Source of the DNA: Octopus sinensis
Taxonomy: Eukaryota
Assembly: GCF_006345805.1 (NCBI RefSeq)
Contig: NC_042997.1
Coordinates: 101,370,001-101,434,000, forward strand
Direction of reading: 5' to 3'
Length of the DNA stretch: 64,000 nucleotides
The stretch's first letter is position 1. Each line of letters begins with the position of its first letter. The notes below the pieces were generated by a model that was not told the origin of the DNA, made no database searches, and was given only the letters and a program-made list of their open reading frames with translations. This document shows, piece after piece, positions 37,621-51,169 of this stretch. The position numbers were made by a program, and so were the translations under genes.

Positions 37621-37667
37621 AGTTAACCTCTTTCTATACCTTGTATGTCTTCAGTATTGAGTAATTG

Positions 37668-38240
37668 CTTAAAATTTTGGCACAGGATCAGCAACATGGG
37701 GAGAAGAGGTTAGTCGATATTATCGATCCCAGTGCTTGATTGGTGCAATATTTTATCGCTCTAGAATGAATGAAAGACAAAGTCGATCTCGGCGGGATTA
37801 AAACTCGGAAAGTAATAAGCCGGAAGAAAATGCCGTTTAGTATTTTGTCTGATATGCTAACGTTTCTGCCAGCCCTTCGTCATTTTCAGCATAGAGTGAT
37901 GATAACTGGTTTCAAATTTCAGCACAAGGATAGCAAGTTCGGAGGAAAGAATAAGTCGACTACATCGGCCCCAGTACTCAACTGGAACTTATTTTAATCG
38001 ACCCCGAAACGAGGAAAGGGGGAATTTGAATTCAGAACTTAAAGACGGATGACATGCCGCTAAGCATTTTACCCGGCGCAGTAACGATTCTGCTAGCTCA
38101 CCACTCTTCGCACGCACACTATATTATTAATTAATTGTTACTACTCTATAAGGCGGCGAGCTGGCAGAATCGCTAAGTAAAATACTTAGTGGCATTTCGT
38201 CCTTCTTTACCTGTTGAGTTCAAATTTTGAAACCCATATA
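37668..38240. mobile_element. Cluster of SINE-B (tail 2): two minus copies and one plus head
   Basis: Copies at 37670-37880 (-), 37905-38105 (-) and 38150-38235 (+). Confidence 0.75.
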
Positions 38241-38707
38241 TTGTCCATGTAAATGACATTTTTAACTTGAAGGATAGGGAGAGTAAAAGTGAGATCGAAT
38301 CATATAGCCTGAGAGATAGCTACAAACGGTTTGGAATTTACTCGTACCAAATTTTCTTCCCCTCTTTGAACAGTTCACGTTCGCTAATTTTCTATCCTCT
38401 TTTTTATTGATCTTGTCAGCCATACTTCGTGTGTATATGCGCGCGCGCATGTGTTTGCGTGTGAGTCTATGTTCCAACAATATCAGTGAGTTCTAGACAC
38501 GTGGTCTTATCGTGCTGTTTCTGGATCAACATCTGTGAATACACCACGCTACGACCATCGTTGTGCGAATGAAGACCTCTCACTGTGATTGTTCATTATA
38601 AGCAGCTTAGTTTGGTCATTTTCATGTAAGAGAAGATGACACATGAATAGTAATACTTACTTGTTTGTTTGGGTTTCTTTTTTCTTCTTTTTTCTATTTT
38701 TATTTTT

Positions 38708-39150
38708 AAGGCGTCAAACTGTCAGAATCGTTACCACACCGGACAAAATGCTTAGCAGCATTTCTCTCGGTTTCTGAGTTCAAATACCGCCCGGGTCAAC
38801 TTTGCCTTTCATCCTTTCGGGGTTGATAAAATAAGTACCAGTTGAGCATTGGAGTTGATGTAATCGACTTAGCCCTTAACCTGAAATTTCTTGCCTTGTT
38901 CCAGAATTTGAAACTAATATTTCTTTGGTTTAAGGCGACCAGCAGATAGAATCCTTTCTACGTCGGGCGCACATACTCAGCGGCATTTCGTCCGACTTCA
39001 CGTTTTGAGTTGAAATTCTGCCTGGGTCGACTTTGCGTTTCAACCTTTCGGAGTTGATAAAATAAGTATTAATTAAGCACTGGAATCGTTGTAATCGGTT
39101 TAGACCCTACTCTAAAATTGCTAGTCTAGTTCCAAAATTTGAAACTAATA
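38708..39150 (+). mobile_element. Two tandem SINE-B (tail 2) copies
   Basis: 38708-38918 and 38932-39150 each have the CTTTGCCTTTCATCCTTTCGG-type core and ATTTGAAACTAATAT end. Confidence 0.8.
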
Positions 39151-39286
39151 TCAATTTGATTTCATTTTTCTTTTCTTAAAGTTAAACTTATAATTCGACT
39201 GGTTACAATCTTCATGTGACCACGTGTGTACCGTTGGTGATTTTTTTCCCTCCGTCTTCCCTTCTTTGGATCTTTCCTTTTCCTAT

Positions 39287-39321
39287 GTTTCTGACGAAGA
39301 GCTCCGCTCGAAACGTTAGAC
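39287..39321 (+). ncRNA. Minimal type-I hammerhead ribozyme (cassette family H1, 39205-39410)
   Basis: gttt-CTGACGA-A-GAGC tcc GCTC-GAA-ACGT-T-agac: intact core, palindromic ACGT. Confidence 0.78.
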
Positions 39322-39405
39322 CCGCCTTCTTTCCTTCTTTCCTGAGCGTCCAATAATACTATACTTGTTCCACGTCCTCGCGTTGTTGTGTTTTCATGTT
39401 TGGAT

Positions 39406-39450
<45 letters not shown>

Positions 39451-39453
<3 letters not shown>

Positions 39454-39834
39454 ATTAATATTTCCACTTGTTCCATATCTATGCGCATGTCAGTTTCTGC
39501 ATATTTTACATCTTCAGTAATTAGTAGTGGATCGTAGATACATAGCTTTCATCTGCGGCCATGATGGAGCACCGACTGAATGCTTTAGTTGAACAAATCG
39601 AAACCAGTACTTATATTTTAAGCTTGTTGTTACCTATTCCATCGGGCTCTTTTGCTGAAAGGCTAGATTACGGGAACACAAACAAGCCACCATAGGTTTT
39701 CAAGCGGCGGTGGGGGACAACCACATACACAAAAACACATACGCACACACACACACACACGTACTTATATACATATACATATATGTGTGTACATACATAT
39801 ATATATGTACATACATACATATGTATGTGTGTGT

Positions 39835-39925
<91 letters not shown>

Positions 39926-40098
39926 TATATTCAGAAGTCAAACACGTAAAAAAAATAAAAGCGAACAAAATAAGTAAAAGCATGAAAAAAAATAAACCCA
40001 TTCTTTACAGCTGTGTATGAATTGCTTCGAGTACCATTATTCCAAAAAGGAACTATTTCACGTTCTCCCGATAGTTTATATAATTCCTTTGACGTCAG

Positions 40099-40160
<62 letters not shown>

Positions 40161-40568
40161 TATATATATACACACACACAATTAATATTTCCACTTGTTC
40201 CATATCTATGCGCATGTCAGTTTCTGCATATTTTACATCTTCAGTAATTAGTAGTGGATCGTAGATACATAGCTTTCATCTGCGGCCATGATGGAGCACC
40301 GACTGAATGCTTTAGTTGAACAAATCGAAACCAGTACTTATATTTTAAGCTTGTTGTTACCTATTCCATCGGGCTCTTTTGCTGAAAGGCTAGATTACGG
40401 GAACACAAACAAGCCACCATAGGTTTTCAAGCGGCGGTGGGGGACAACCACATACACAAAAACACATACGCACACACACACACACACACACGTACTTATA
40501 TACATATACATATATGTGTGTACATACATATATATATGTACATACATACATATGTATGTGTGTGTGTA

Positions 40569-40661
<93 letters not shown>

Positions 40662-40827
40662 TCAGAAGTCAAACACGTAAAAAAATAAAAGCGAACAAAA
40701 TAAGTAAAAGCATGAAAAAAAATAACCCATTCTTTACAGCTGTGTATGAATTGCTTCGAGTACCATTATTCCAAAAAGGAACTATTTCACGTTCTCCCGA
40801 TAGTTTATATAATTCCTTTGACGTCAG

Positions 40828-40860
<33 letters not shown>
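39451..40860. repeat. Near-identical tandem duplication, period ~727 bp (includes a SINE-A 3' half)
   Basis: ACAATTAATATTTCCACTTG.. starts at 39451 and again at 40178; differences lie almost only in microsatellites and homopolymers. Confidence 0.92.
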
Positions 40861-40900
<40 letters not shown>

Positions 40901-40902
<2 letters not shown>

Positions 40903-41093
40903 CAAACAAGGACAGACAAACGGATTAAGTCGATTATATCGACCCCAGTGCGTAATTGGTACTTATTTAATCGACCCCGAAAGGATAAAAGGCAAAGTCG
41001 ACCTCGGCGGAATTTGAACTCAGAACGTAACGGCAGACGAAATACTGCTAAGCATTTCGCCCGGCGTGCTAACGATTCTGCCAGCTCGCCACC
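40901..41093 (-). mobile_element. SINE family B, tail 1 (tail clipped at (TA)n)
   Basis: Near-consensus match to the other B copies. Confidence 0.9.
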
Positions 41094-41404
41094 TTAAATA
41101 TTACGTCTATACACATACACATACACACACACACACACTGCGTGTGTAAACATATATATGACATACATGAATGTATGTACATATTCATGTGTGCGCGTGC
41201 GAGTGCTGTCTTACTGAGTTTTTCATCATACTGTAGAAAAGCACAGTGCCAAGCATACTTCCAGTAACAAATTCCTCCTTTTAGGCAATGCATCAAGCCT
41301 CCTACTTAGCTTAAAGAATTTTTCTGTTCACGGGAAATTGGAATATATCTGTTAGAACGCAACTCCTTTGCACCAAATGAATGGATCATGGTATAATAGC
41401 TAAC

Positions 41405-41612
41405 GGGCGGCGAGCTGGCAGAAACGTTAGCACGCCGAGCGAAATGCTTAGCAGTATTTCGTCTGCCGTTATGTTCTGAGTTCAAATTCCGCCGAGGTCG
41501 ACTTTGCCTTTCGTCCTTTCGGGGTCGATTGGCCGATATAATCGACTTAATCCGTTTGTCTGTCCTTGTTTGTCCTCTCTGTGTTTAGCCCCTTGTGGGT
41601 AGTAAAGAAATA
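41405..41612 (+). mobile_element. SINE family B, tail 1
   Basis: 15-bp TSD GGTATAATA(G/T)CTAAC at 41390-41404 and 41613-41627. Confidence 0.92.
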
Positions 41613-41887
41613 GGTATAATATCTAACTTCAAGGTATATTATCTGAGAATTTTGAAACAACTCATAAGTACACTTGATGAAATCAAACCTACAGTTAGAG
41701 ACAAATGAGAAAAGCTCAGTATACACGAAATTTATGTGGATAACATAGTCGAGTCGTGTGATCAGCTGAAAACATATGATTCAGCTATATCCGTAATTTT
41801 ACAGGTTTTTCACCAGCAGAAAGTTTACATCAAGTAAACTTTCCTTTACGTCGAGTAAACCGCCATGGTTTACGTCAAGTAAACCAA

Positions 41888-42118
41888 GGCGGCGAGCTGG
41901 CAGAAACGTTAGCACACTGGGCGAAATGCTTAGCGGTATTTCGTCTGCCGCTACGTTCTGAGTTCCAATTCCGCCGAGATCGACTTTGCCTTTCATCCTT
42001 TCAGGGTCGATTAAATAAGTACCAATTATGCACTGGGGCCGACATAATCGACTTAATCCGTTTGTCTGTCCTTGTTTGTCCCCTCTGTGTGTAGCCCCTT
42101 GTAGGCAGTAAAGAAATA
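41888..42118 (+). mobile_element. SINE family B, tail 1
   Basis: Full-length copy; flanks share AGAAAGTTTAC(A/G)TCAAGT. Confidence 0.92.
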
Positions 42119-42466
42119 AGAAAGTTTACGTCAAGTTCAGCAAGATATTGTGGTACAGACGAATGATGTAAGATTTTTAAAATTGTACAAGTTGATGTAG
42201 GCAAGGTACTAAAGCCCCAAAAAGAAAGTTTGTTGTATGTGAAGCAGAGGCTGTTAGAAGAAGAGTGAGCTTCAGAGCAAGAAGAGGGATGTAGAAGCTC
42301 CATCCATTACACTAAGTTGAATGCAAAACATTGGCACTTATAAAGTAAGATCTAAAAGTTATTGCTAGTAACGAGCCTGATCGTGAAGGTAACATTAAAA
42401 AGCGACGGAACAGCTTTGAATACGTTCTTTAATTCTGAAACAGATCCTGATTATGACCATCTATAG

Positions 42467-42962
42467 CAGGGGTCACCAAACCTTTTTCACGGCGGGCCAG
42501 ATAACTGACAGAACGACGAGCGCAGGCCGCATAACTATTTTTGTTTATTACAATATAGTGAATACACAGAGAATAAATACAATCAATATATTTATTTACC
42601 AAAGAGTTATCAAAGAAGGCGACGTTAATAATAAGATAGTTATATCTTACTCAGTGGACAGCGAGAAAGGTTAATGAGATTTGTGAAACTGTGTTTAGTT
42701 TGTAAGATGTTATCAATATTTGCTTTGGAATTGCTGCAACCAAGCAAGAGAATTGCTTTCAAATGTTCATCAGTCACCTCGTTCGATGTGCTGACTTCAC
42801 ATACTTCATTTCTGAAAATGTTTACTCACAGTCATAAGTTGTTCTAAACACTGATGCCATACCAGAGGCAAATGCACAAAGGTACAGAGCGGCGGTAGGC
42901 CGGATGAACGAGCTCGTGGGCCGGATAAACTTAGCTCAGAGGCTGTAGTTTGGTGACCCCTG
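42467..42962 (-). mobile_element. Non-autonomous hAT (Charlie/SPIN-like) deletion derivative
   Basis: 15-bp TIR CAGGGGTCACCAAAC; TSD ATCTATAG/ATCTACGG; minus strand retains SVFRTTYDCE*TFSEMKYVKSAHRTR..TDEHLKAIL. Confidence 0.9.
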
Positions 42963-43959
42963 ATCTACGGGGAAGAAGATAGTGCTCCTCTTCCTCTAAG
43001 TAACCCAAATTGCACCACTTTTCATCACACAGCAATCGATATCATTTGTCTGAGTATATTCTCTACAATGATATTACTGCATTATTTTTTAGATATACAT
43101 GTAGTACAATGCGTGATTAAAAATTGTTATTTTCATGCATGAAAGTTGTTGCAGTATGTCCCTTGTTTTAGAGGAAAATTCTATAAAAATGTTTCTCGGT
43201 GCGTCTAAATTCGGGAACTCCATCTTGCTTGTTGAAGGCAAGATGAACAAGAGGAAAGATGATTAAGAGAGAGAATTAGAGAATTAGAGTAAGAGGGTGT
43301 TAGCAGAGAAAGTATTATTAGATAAATTAAATAGCGACAGGAGTGAGAGGGAGATATAGGAAGGAGTAATGAAAGAGAGACAGTGATAGACAGTTACATA
43401 TTGCTTGTTGGTAAGAAGATTTAATAGAGAAACAGCATACGTGGTGTACTTCGAGAATGGAATGTAAAAGATAGGAGTTGGAATGATGAAAGAAGGGGTG
43501 ATAAAAATGGGAGTAATATTTGTCAAGAAGGGAATAATGTGTGAGAGGGAGGGGTTGATCGTCATCAATAAAGGTGGGGGAAGTTAAGCGAGTGATAGAT
43601 AAAGATAAATAAATATAGGTGATGTTAAAAACGAGAGTGATTGAGTCAGTAATGAATGATTGTGAAAGGAGGAAGTAATATTAGAGAAAGAGAGGGGGAG
43701 GGGAGAGAGAGATTTGGTAATGGCTAGCAATAAGAAGAGTAATAGCAGATGTACAATTCAGATAGATCCGATGAACATCTCTTGTTACTCAGGTAGTGTA
43801 TACAGTAAAAGGAGAGAAAGTAAGTGATAAATGAGTGAATAATGAGGGAAGAAGATCGACAGTAATGTGGGGACTTAATTGTGAGCATAACTAGCAGGAG
43901 ACCCAAATGTAAATATTATAGATCCAACCTCCAGCACTGTCCCCCTTTTTATGTTCGTT

Positions 43960-44519
43960 TCGCCATGATTACATAAACGGGCAAATTTCCTCCGGCACCT
44001 GATGTCTCCTCAAAGTCATGGTTTTCAGACACTTCTTTTGTGAAGTTCGGCTTCTTTAAATCAGTTTCCATCACTTGTTCACATGCCTCTTTTTTGGTCT
44101 TACCTTTGCTCATGTGAAGGCGCGTGGCTAAGTTGTTAGGGTAATCGGTTCATGATCGTAAGATTGTGTGTTAAATTCCCGGCGGCGAGTTGTGTCATCA
44201 GCAAGTCACTTTACGTTGCTCCAGTCCACTCAGCTGGCAAAAATTGAGTAGTACCTGTAATTCAAAGGCCGGCCTTGTCACATTCTGTGTCACGCTGAAT
44301 CTCCATGAGAACTACGTCAAGGGTGTGCATGTCTGTGGAGTGCTCAGCCCTTTGCACGTTAATTTCACGAGTAGGCTTTACCGTAGATCAGATCAACCGG
44401 AACCCTCGTCGTCGTAACCAACTGAGTACCAATTTTGCTCACGTTACATCCACTTCGAAGTTCGGCAATTAACAGATACCCTCCGTACTCATCGCATGAT
44501 CGTATCATTGCAGTCCAGT

Positions 44520-44575
<56 letters not shown>

Positions 44576-45030
44576 CCCTCCCTCCCTCTTGTATGCTACA
44601 TCTGATACCTCTCGTATCCACTTTTCTTTTTCTCAGCTAATTTGTTCTATTCTTCGTGCACAACATTACAACACCCAGTGAAACATGTTCGCTTCACCTT
44701 TTCCAGTTTTCGCAAATGCTCAACATTGAAGACCCTTTTCTTTTGACTATGCAACATCGCACTACACAACCATCACAAAATATGCACTTTTCTTTGTAAG
44801 AGAAACCCTTTGTGTATAGAAAAAATGATTATAGGCCTACGTTTCTCCACCTTATTCTTAATCTAACTACTATGCTTTCAGAACAACACCCCTCCCCACT
44901 ACTAACTAGGTCACCTAGGTAACAAAAGCTAACAACTACTGCTAGGGAACCTTCCGGGCATTTCAAGATATCTATTTCACGTGTACTTTTAACTGGTGAC
45001 TGCTCCTGTGCATCTGCCACTTACGAACGA
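43960..45030 (-). mobile_element. Degenerate RTE-like LINE 3' portion, interrupted by SINE C and (CT)n
   Basis: SLAVVVSFCYLGDLVSSGEGC..SIVVR.RIRW, followed by weak matches to WYGHVMR and GRPKK.W.EV..DLK. Confidence 0.65.
44113..44433 (+). mobile_element. SINE family C, full length
   Basis: tRNA-like head GGCGCGTGGCTAAGTTGTTAGGG..GTTAAATTCCC; TSD TTTGCTCA at 44105-44112 and 44434-44441. Confidence 0.85.
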
Positions 45031-45243
45031 AGCCTACTTTCTCAGTCTGCCTGTGATTCTACTACACTTCTCCATACATACATGCGCATGTGCACGTGTG
45101 TATGTGTGCGTGTGCGTAAGTGTGTGTGTATGTGTGTGTACGTATGCATCCACCCACAAATACATACATACATACCTACATAAATACATACATGTCAGTG
45201 GCATTTCGTACAGGAAGGCAAAACATGCAATGCATGCTTAATT

Positions 45244-45990
<747 letters not shown>

Positions 45991-46238
45991 ACTAGAAGAA
46001 TACTCGGTCTAGTGCAGGAAATATATAATTTTATGGCTAATTATTTGAATTCGAATCAGGGTGATTAAGTCTACAATTATTACAATTATAAACGAATTAC
46101 TTCTATTATTTATAACAGATACATTTTTGAAATTCTTGAAAATTTGTGCTTCAATGGTTCACTATAATTGGCACACACACAAACACACACACACATATAT
46201 ATTGTGTGTGTGTGTTTATTATAGTGCATGTGTGTGTG

Positions 46239-46269
<31 letters not shown>

Positions 46270-46302
46270 ATGGCTGTATTTGAAGTAAAGATCCTATGTA
46301 CC

Positions 46303-46708
46303 TATTTCTTTATTGCCCACAGGGGGCTAAACACAGAGAGGACAAACAAGGACAGATAAACGGATTAAGTCGATTATATCGATCCCAGTGCGTAACTGGT
46401 ACTTATTTAATCGACCCCGAAAGGATGAAAGGCAAAGTCGACCTCGGCGGAATTTGAACTCAGAACGTAGCGACAGACGAAATACTTATTTCTTTACTAC
46501 CCACAAGGGGCTAAACACAGAGGGGACAAACAAGGACAGACAAACGGATTAAGTCGATTATATCGACCCCAGTGCGTAACTGGTACTTATTTAATCGACC
46601 CCGAAAGGATGAAAGGCAAAGTCGACCTCGGCGGAATTTGAACTCAGAACGTAGCGACAGACGAAATACTGCTAAGCATTTCGCCCGGCGTGCTAACGTT
46701 TCTGCCAG
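46303..46708 (-). mobile_element. SINE family B, tail 1, tandem dimer
   Basis: Head plus two ~184-bp bodies joined at AAGAAATA|AGTATTTCGTCTG (46486/46487). Confidence 0.92.
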
Positions 46709-47188
46709 TATCATTTGCATATTAAATTAATTTCTTTTGTTTTTTTCATTTCTGTGTTTTGACCATTGACTCTTACTACTGACTGTGTTAAAAGAAAATG
46801 AAATCCACAAGTTCAGTTTTTAAATATTATTTCCCGTTTCGGTGCACACCTGAAAGCTAACCTTAAACCATAACCGTAGACCCTAAACCTAACCCTAACC
46901 TTAATTGTATACTTATTTTTTTTCTCTCGTGAGAAAAATCTCCTATGTTTAATACAACTAATTATGAAAAGAAATTAAGGAACAAAACGGCAAAAATGGA
47001 GCAGTTACTACTTGTATACTCCAAAACGAAGAGTGAGAGATGGTAGTAGTTTTTTAAAATGAAATTAAAATACCCCACCCCCACCCTGAATCTTGAAGAA
47101 AACTTTTTCAAAGATTTAGAAAGTAGAAATGATAGGCAGGTGGAGGTTTATATTGCACAACTTTGCTTATATAATTGTTTAATATACT

Positions 47189-48347
47189 CAAGATGCGGTG
47201 AATATATTGTCTAAATTAGTCAAAGTGAAAATAACACTGAAAATTTATTCTAACAAATATATTTACCAAAATTATATAAAAATATCTTGAAATACTAAAG
47301 ACAAAAATTTGTCAGTAAAATCACCTTTGTGGAGGCGCAATGGCCCAGTGGTTAGGGCAGCGAACTCGCGGTCGGAGGATCGCGGTTTCGATTCCCAGAC
47401 CGGGCGTTGTGTGTGTTTATTGAGCGAATACACCTTAAGCTCCACGAAGTTCCGGCAGGGGGTGGTGGCGACCCCTGTTGTACTCTTTCGCCCCAACTTT
47501 CTCTTACTCTTTCTTCCTGTTTCTTGAGTAACGCTGCGATGGACTGGCGTCCCGTCCAGCTGGAGGGGAACACATACGCCACAGAAACCAGGAAACCGGG
47601 CCCATGAGCCTGGCTAGGCTTGAAAAGGACGCATAAATAAATAATTTTAAAAATCACCTTTGCCTTCAACCACGGCCTCCAGACGACTTCGGAATCTCCT
47701 ACAACTTTTATGGACAGTCTCCTTCTTTAAGTTGGTGAATGTTGCTACAATCCTCGCTTTCACATAATAATCAAGGAAGTTGTAATCTGGGGAGTTAGGT
47801 TGCTAGATGTCAAGGGTGATGTGGTCGCAGAAATTGTCTAACAGCCATGACTGGGTTCTCCTGCTTGTGTGGCATGATGCAGAATCCTGTTGCCAAACAT
47901 AGGGTCTTCCAGCAGCCACCCTGTTGACCCAGGGCAGCACTACTTCCTCCAGGCACTTGATGTAGGTCTCCGTGTTGAGTGTGAGGCCGCATGGGAAGAT
48001 GAATGGAAGCACAACGTCGCCATCACTAGTGATCACTCCAAACATCATGATGTTGACTGGATGTTTGATTTTTATCACTCTCGGTACATGTTTTGGGGAC
48101 ACGGCAAACCAATGGTTGTTCTGTGTGTTCACCATCAGTTCGTTTTGGAGCTTCCAGCGCGAATGCCAAGCAGTACAGCATGTCGTTTCCAAATTTCTGG
48201 CAGAGTGAATTGCATCATGGTGCTGATTTGGTCACAGACGGTGCCCAACTGACCCTACTATACTGTGTAGGCGACAAAATCAAAAACAAATAACACGCAT
48301 GAGCGAAATTAAAAATATAAAATGGTGACAATTTACCCATTGCACCC

Positions 48348-48349
<2 letters not shown>
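47189..48349 (-). mobile_element. maT-like (DD37D) Tc1/mariner element, internally deleted
   Basis: Imperfect TIRs of type CAGGGTGCGGTG.ATAAATTGTC at both ends; KHPVNIMMFGVITSDG, YVWQQDSASCH, PNSPDYNFLDY, RSRLEAVVEGKGDF. Confidence 0.85.
47330..47649 (+). mobile_element. SINE family D (tRNA-derived, V-domain-like) inserted in the maT-like element
   Basis: A box TGGCCCAGTGG, B box GTTTCGATTCC, CTGCGATGGACTGGCGTCCCGTCCAG motif, (TAAA)n tail, and 13-bp TSD AAAATCACCTTTG. Confidence 0.9.
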
Positions 48350-48383
<34 letters not shown>

Positions 48384-48469
48384 TGTATGTATGTATGTAT
48401 GTATGTATATGTATATATATATATATGTATATATATATGTATATATATATATGTATATATGTGTATGTG

Positions 48470-48504
<35 letters not shown>

Positions 48505-48591
48505 AGTTCTATATTTAAGAGATGAAGAATTATGTACATTATTTACATTATCTACATTCGATGGATATTTGTCCTCATCTTGTTTGTTGTT

Positions 48592-48637
48592 AACACAACG
48601 TTTCGGCTGACATACCCTCCAGCCTTCATCAGGTGTC
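48592..48637 (-). ncRNA. Minimal type-I hammerhead ribozyme (family H4)
   Basis: gacac-CTGATGA-A-GGCTG gagggtatgt CAGCC-GAA-ACGT-T-gtgtt. Confidence 0.8.
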
Positions 48638-48690
48638 TTGGGGAAATTTCGAACCTGAGTTGTCATTCCTAAGGTATTTTGTTCGATGTC

Positions 48691-48814
<124 letters not shown>

Positions 48815-48909
48815 TCTTTGCCTGGAATCGAACTCGGAATCTTGGGGTTAGTAGCCAGCGCTCTTAGCCACTGCGGCATATGAGAACCCAGATTCGAAAT
48901 TACCCCCAA

Positions 48910-48955
48910 GACACCTGATGAAGGCTGGAGAGTATATCAGCCGAAACGTTGTGTC
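48910..48955 (+). ncRNA. Minimal type-I hammerhead ribozyme (family H4)
   Basis: gacac-CTGATGA-A-GGCTG gagagtatat CAGCC-GAA-ACGT-T-gtgtc: perfect 5-bp stems I and II. Confidence 0.82.
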
Positions 48956-49042
48956 AACAACAAACAAGATGAGGATAAATATCCGTCAAATGCAAATAAT
49001 GTAAATAATATATATATATATATATTATATATATATATATAT

Positions 49043-49463
<421 letters not shown>

Positions 49464-49718
49464 TTATATATGTATTATTTATACTGAAATATATATCATT
49501 TAACGTGAGCGCAGGCGTGTTTGTGTGGTTTAGAATATCACTTTTTAAGTATGTGCTTTCAACCTCATTCTATTCAACACTGCTTGATTAAAACATTTAA
49601 CATGAAGCTTGAATTGTAGAAAGTGAAACATTTCAGCGCTTCGTCTCGTCCAGAGGCACATGTAAGTTAAAGAGCTTTGTGAAAAATACGTGGTTTCCAT
49701 GTCAAAAGAATTAAATGA

Positions 49719-49783
<65 letters not shown>

Positions 49784-49800
49784 CAGATAGACAGATAGAC

Positions 49801-49872
<72 letters not shown>
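49719..49872. repeat. (GATA)n microsatellite
   Basis: Directly visible. Confidence 0.95.
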
Positions 49873-49873
<1 letters not shown>

Positions 49874-49913
49874 TGAGGTGCTTGTGAATGCTTTTAGTGA
49901 TATCTATGTAACC

Positions 49914-50200
49914 CATAGGTTCTCAAAGTGGACGCTACCGCCCCCCGGTTGGCGCTGTTGCCTAAAAGGGCGGTAGAGAAAAAGGAGGCGTTAGGAGGAA
50001 GGTAGTGGATTGGGGGGCGCTATGTATTTATTACAGTATTTATTATAGTATTGAATACAAATTATATAATATTAAATATCAAATGATTCATAGTATATAT
50101 AAATTAGTAATATATAAAATATTTATTTGTATATAAAAATAGTGTAAGGTATTATGTGACTATGACGGGAGCGGTGGCTCAAAAAGTTTGAGAACATCTG
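49914..50200. mobile_element. hAT-type MITE, 287 bp
   Basis: TIRs CATAGGTTCTCAAAGT / CAGATGTTCTCAAACT; perfect 8-bp TSD ATGTAACC. Confidence 0.9.
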
Positions 50201-50229
50201 ATGTAACCTTTGCATGGTCCTATCGTGAG

Positions 50230-50730
50230 CAACTGAACTGGAAATCCCACAAACTTGCATATTGAGTTGGGCACTCTGCAAGATGAATATCCAAACCAGT
50301 CAAAATGTGAATGAACTTACGGAATCCACTAATGGATATCATTTGATGTGTACATAAGCACCGTTAAGTGTGTGTGTGTATATATGGTTAGTGACGTGAT
50401 TGTTTGGAAATAATGAATAACTTTCATCTTCAGAACTTCGAAGCTAGCTGCAGCTGCCCAATGGGGACACCTAGTACAAGTGGCAACATACCACCATTCT
50501 GGGTTAGAAGCCATAATACACGCAGACATCTGATATAATTTTTGTTACCTTTTTAAGTGGTATTGCTAGATCTGGGGATTCTTTCAGCTATTTTGATGAT
50601 CTTTCAAACAACCTTGACTTTATCTTAGAATAAGTATATTTTGTAAAAGCGAGAAAGTGAGTCTGATGTGCATGCAGCTCTTTCTTATAACGGAAAAAAT
50701 GCTTCGTTTGTCTAGCATTGCCTATAGAAA
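50230..50730 (-). mobile_element. Possible very degenerate PLE RT fragment
   Basis: IPLKKVTKIISDVCVYYGF / QNG..LGVPIG weakly match PLE RT motifs. Confidence 0.25.
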
Positions 50731-50762
50731 AGCCATCATCAAATAGATAGCTAGATAGAAAG

Positions 50763-50821
<59 letters not shown>

Positions 50822-51169
50822 TATATATATAGATAGATAGATGTATATAAAGTGCTTGTACTTTTAATCTCTTTTAAACTTTACTTTTATCTATTTTTAA
50901 AAAATAAAAACTTGTCGAAACCGGTGTGGTATTTTAATAATCTGCTACCAAATTTAAAAACTACGGTACGTCTTCAAGAGCATTTTCAATCCCACAAACC
51001 AACCTTCCTTTATACATGTGTTTTTGTGTGTGTGTACCTATTTGTATATATATATATGTGTATGTGTGTGTGTGTGGTGTGTGTGTGTGTGTGTGTGTGT
51101 GTATTATGTATGTAATGTATATATATAGTGGTATGTATATACATATATAATAATAAAAGGAGGAAAATG

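Noticed and set aside
43270-43910. Purine-rich tract with hydrophobic minus-strand ORFs
   Set aside because: Explained by compositional bias; only a faint KRC..LSE similarity to a PLE nuclease tail.
47331-47405. tRNA gene candidates (also 44115, 48811, 58620)
   Set aside because: A/B boxes are present but there is no complete cloverleaf, and each continues into a repeat body; treated as SINE heads.
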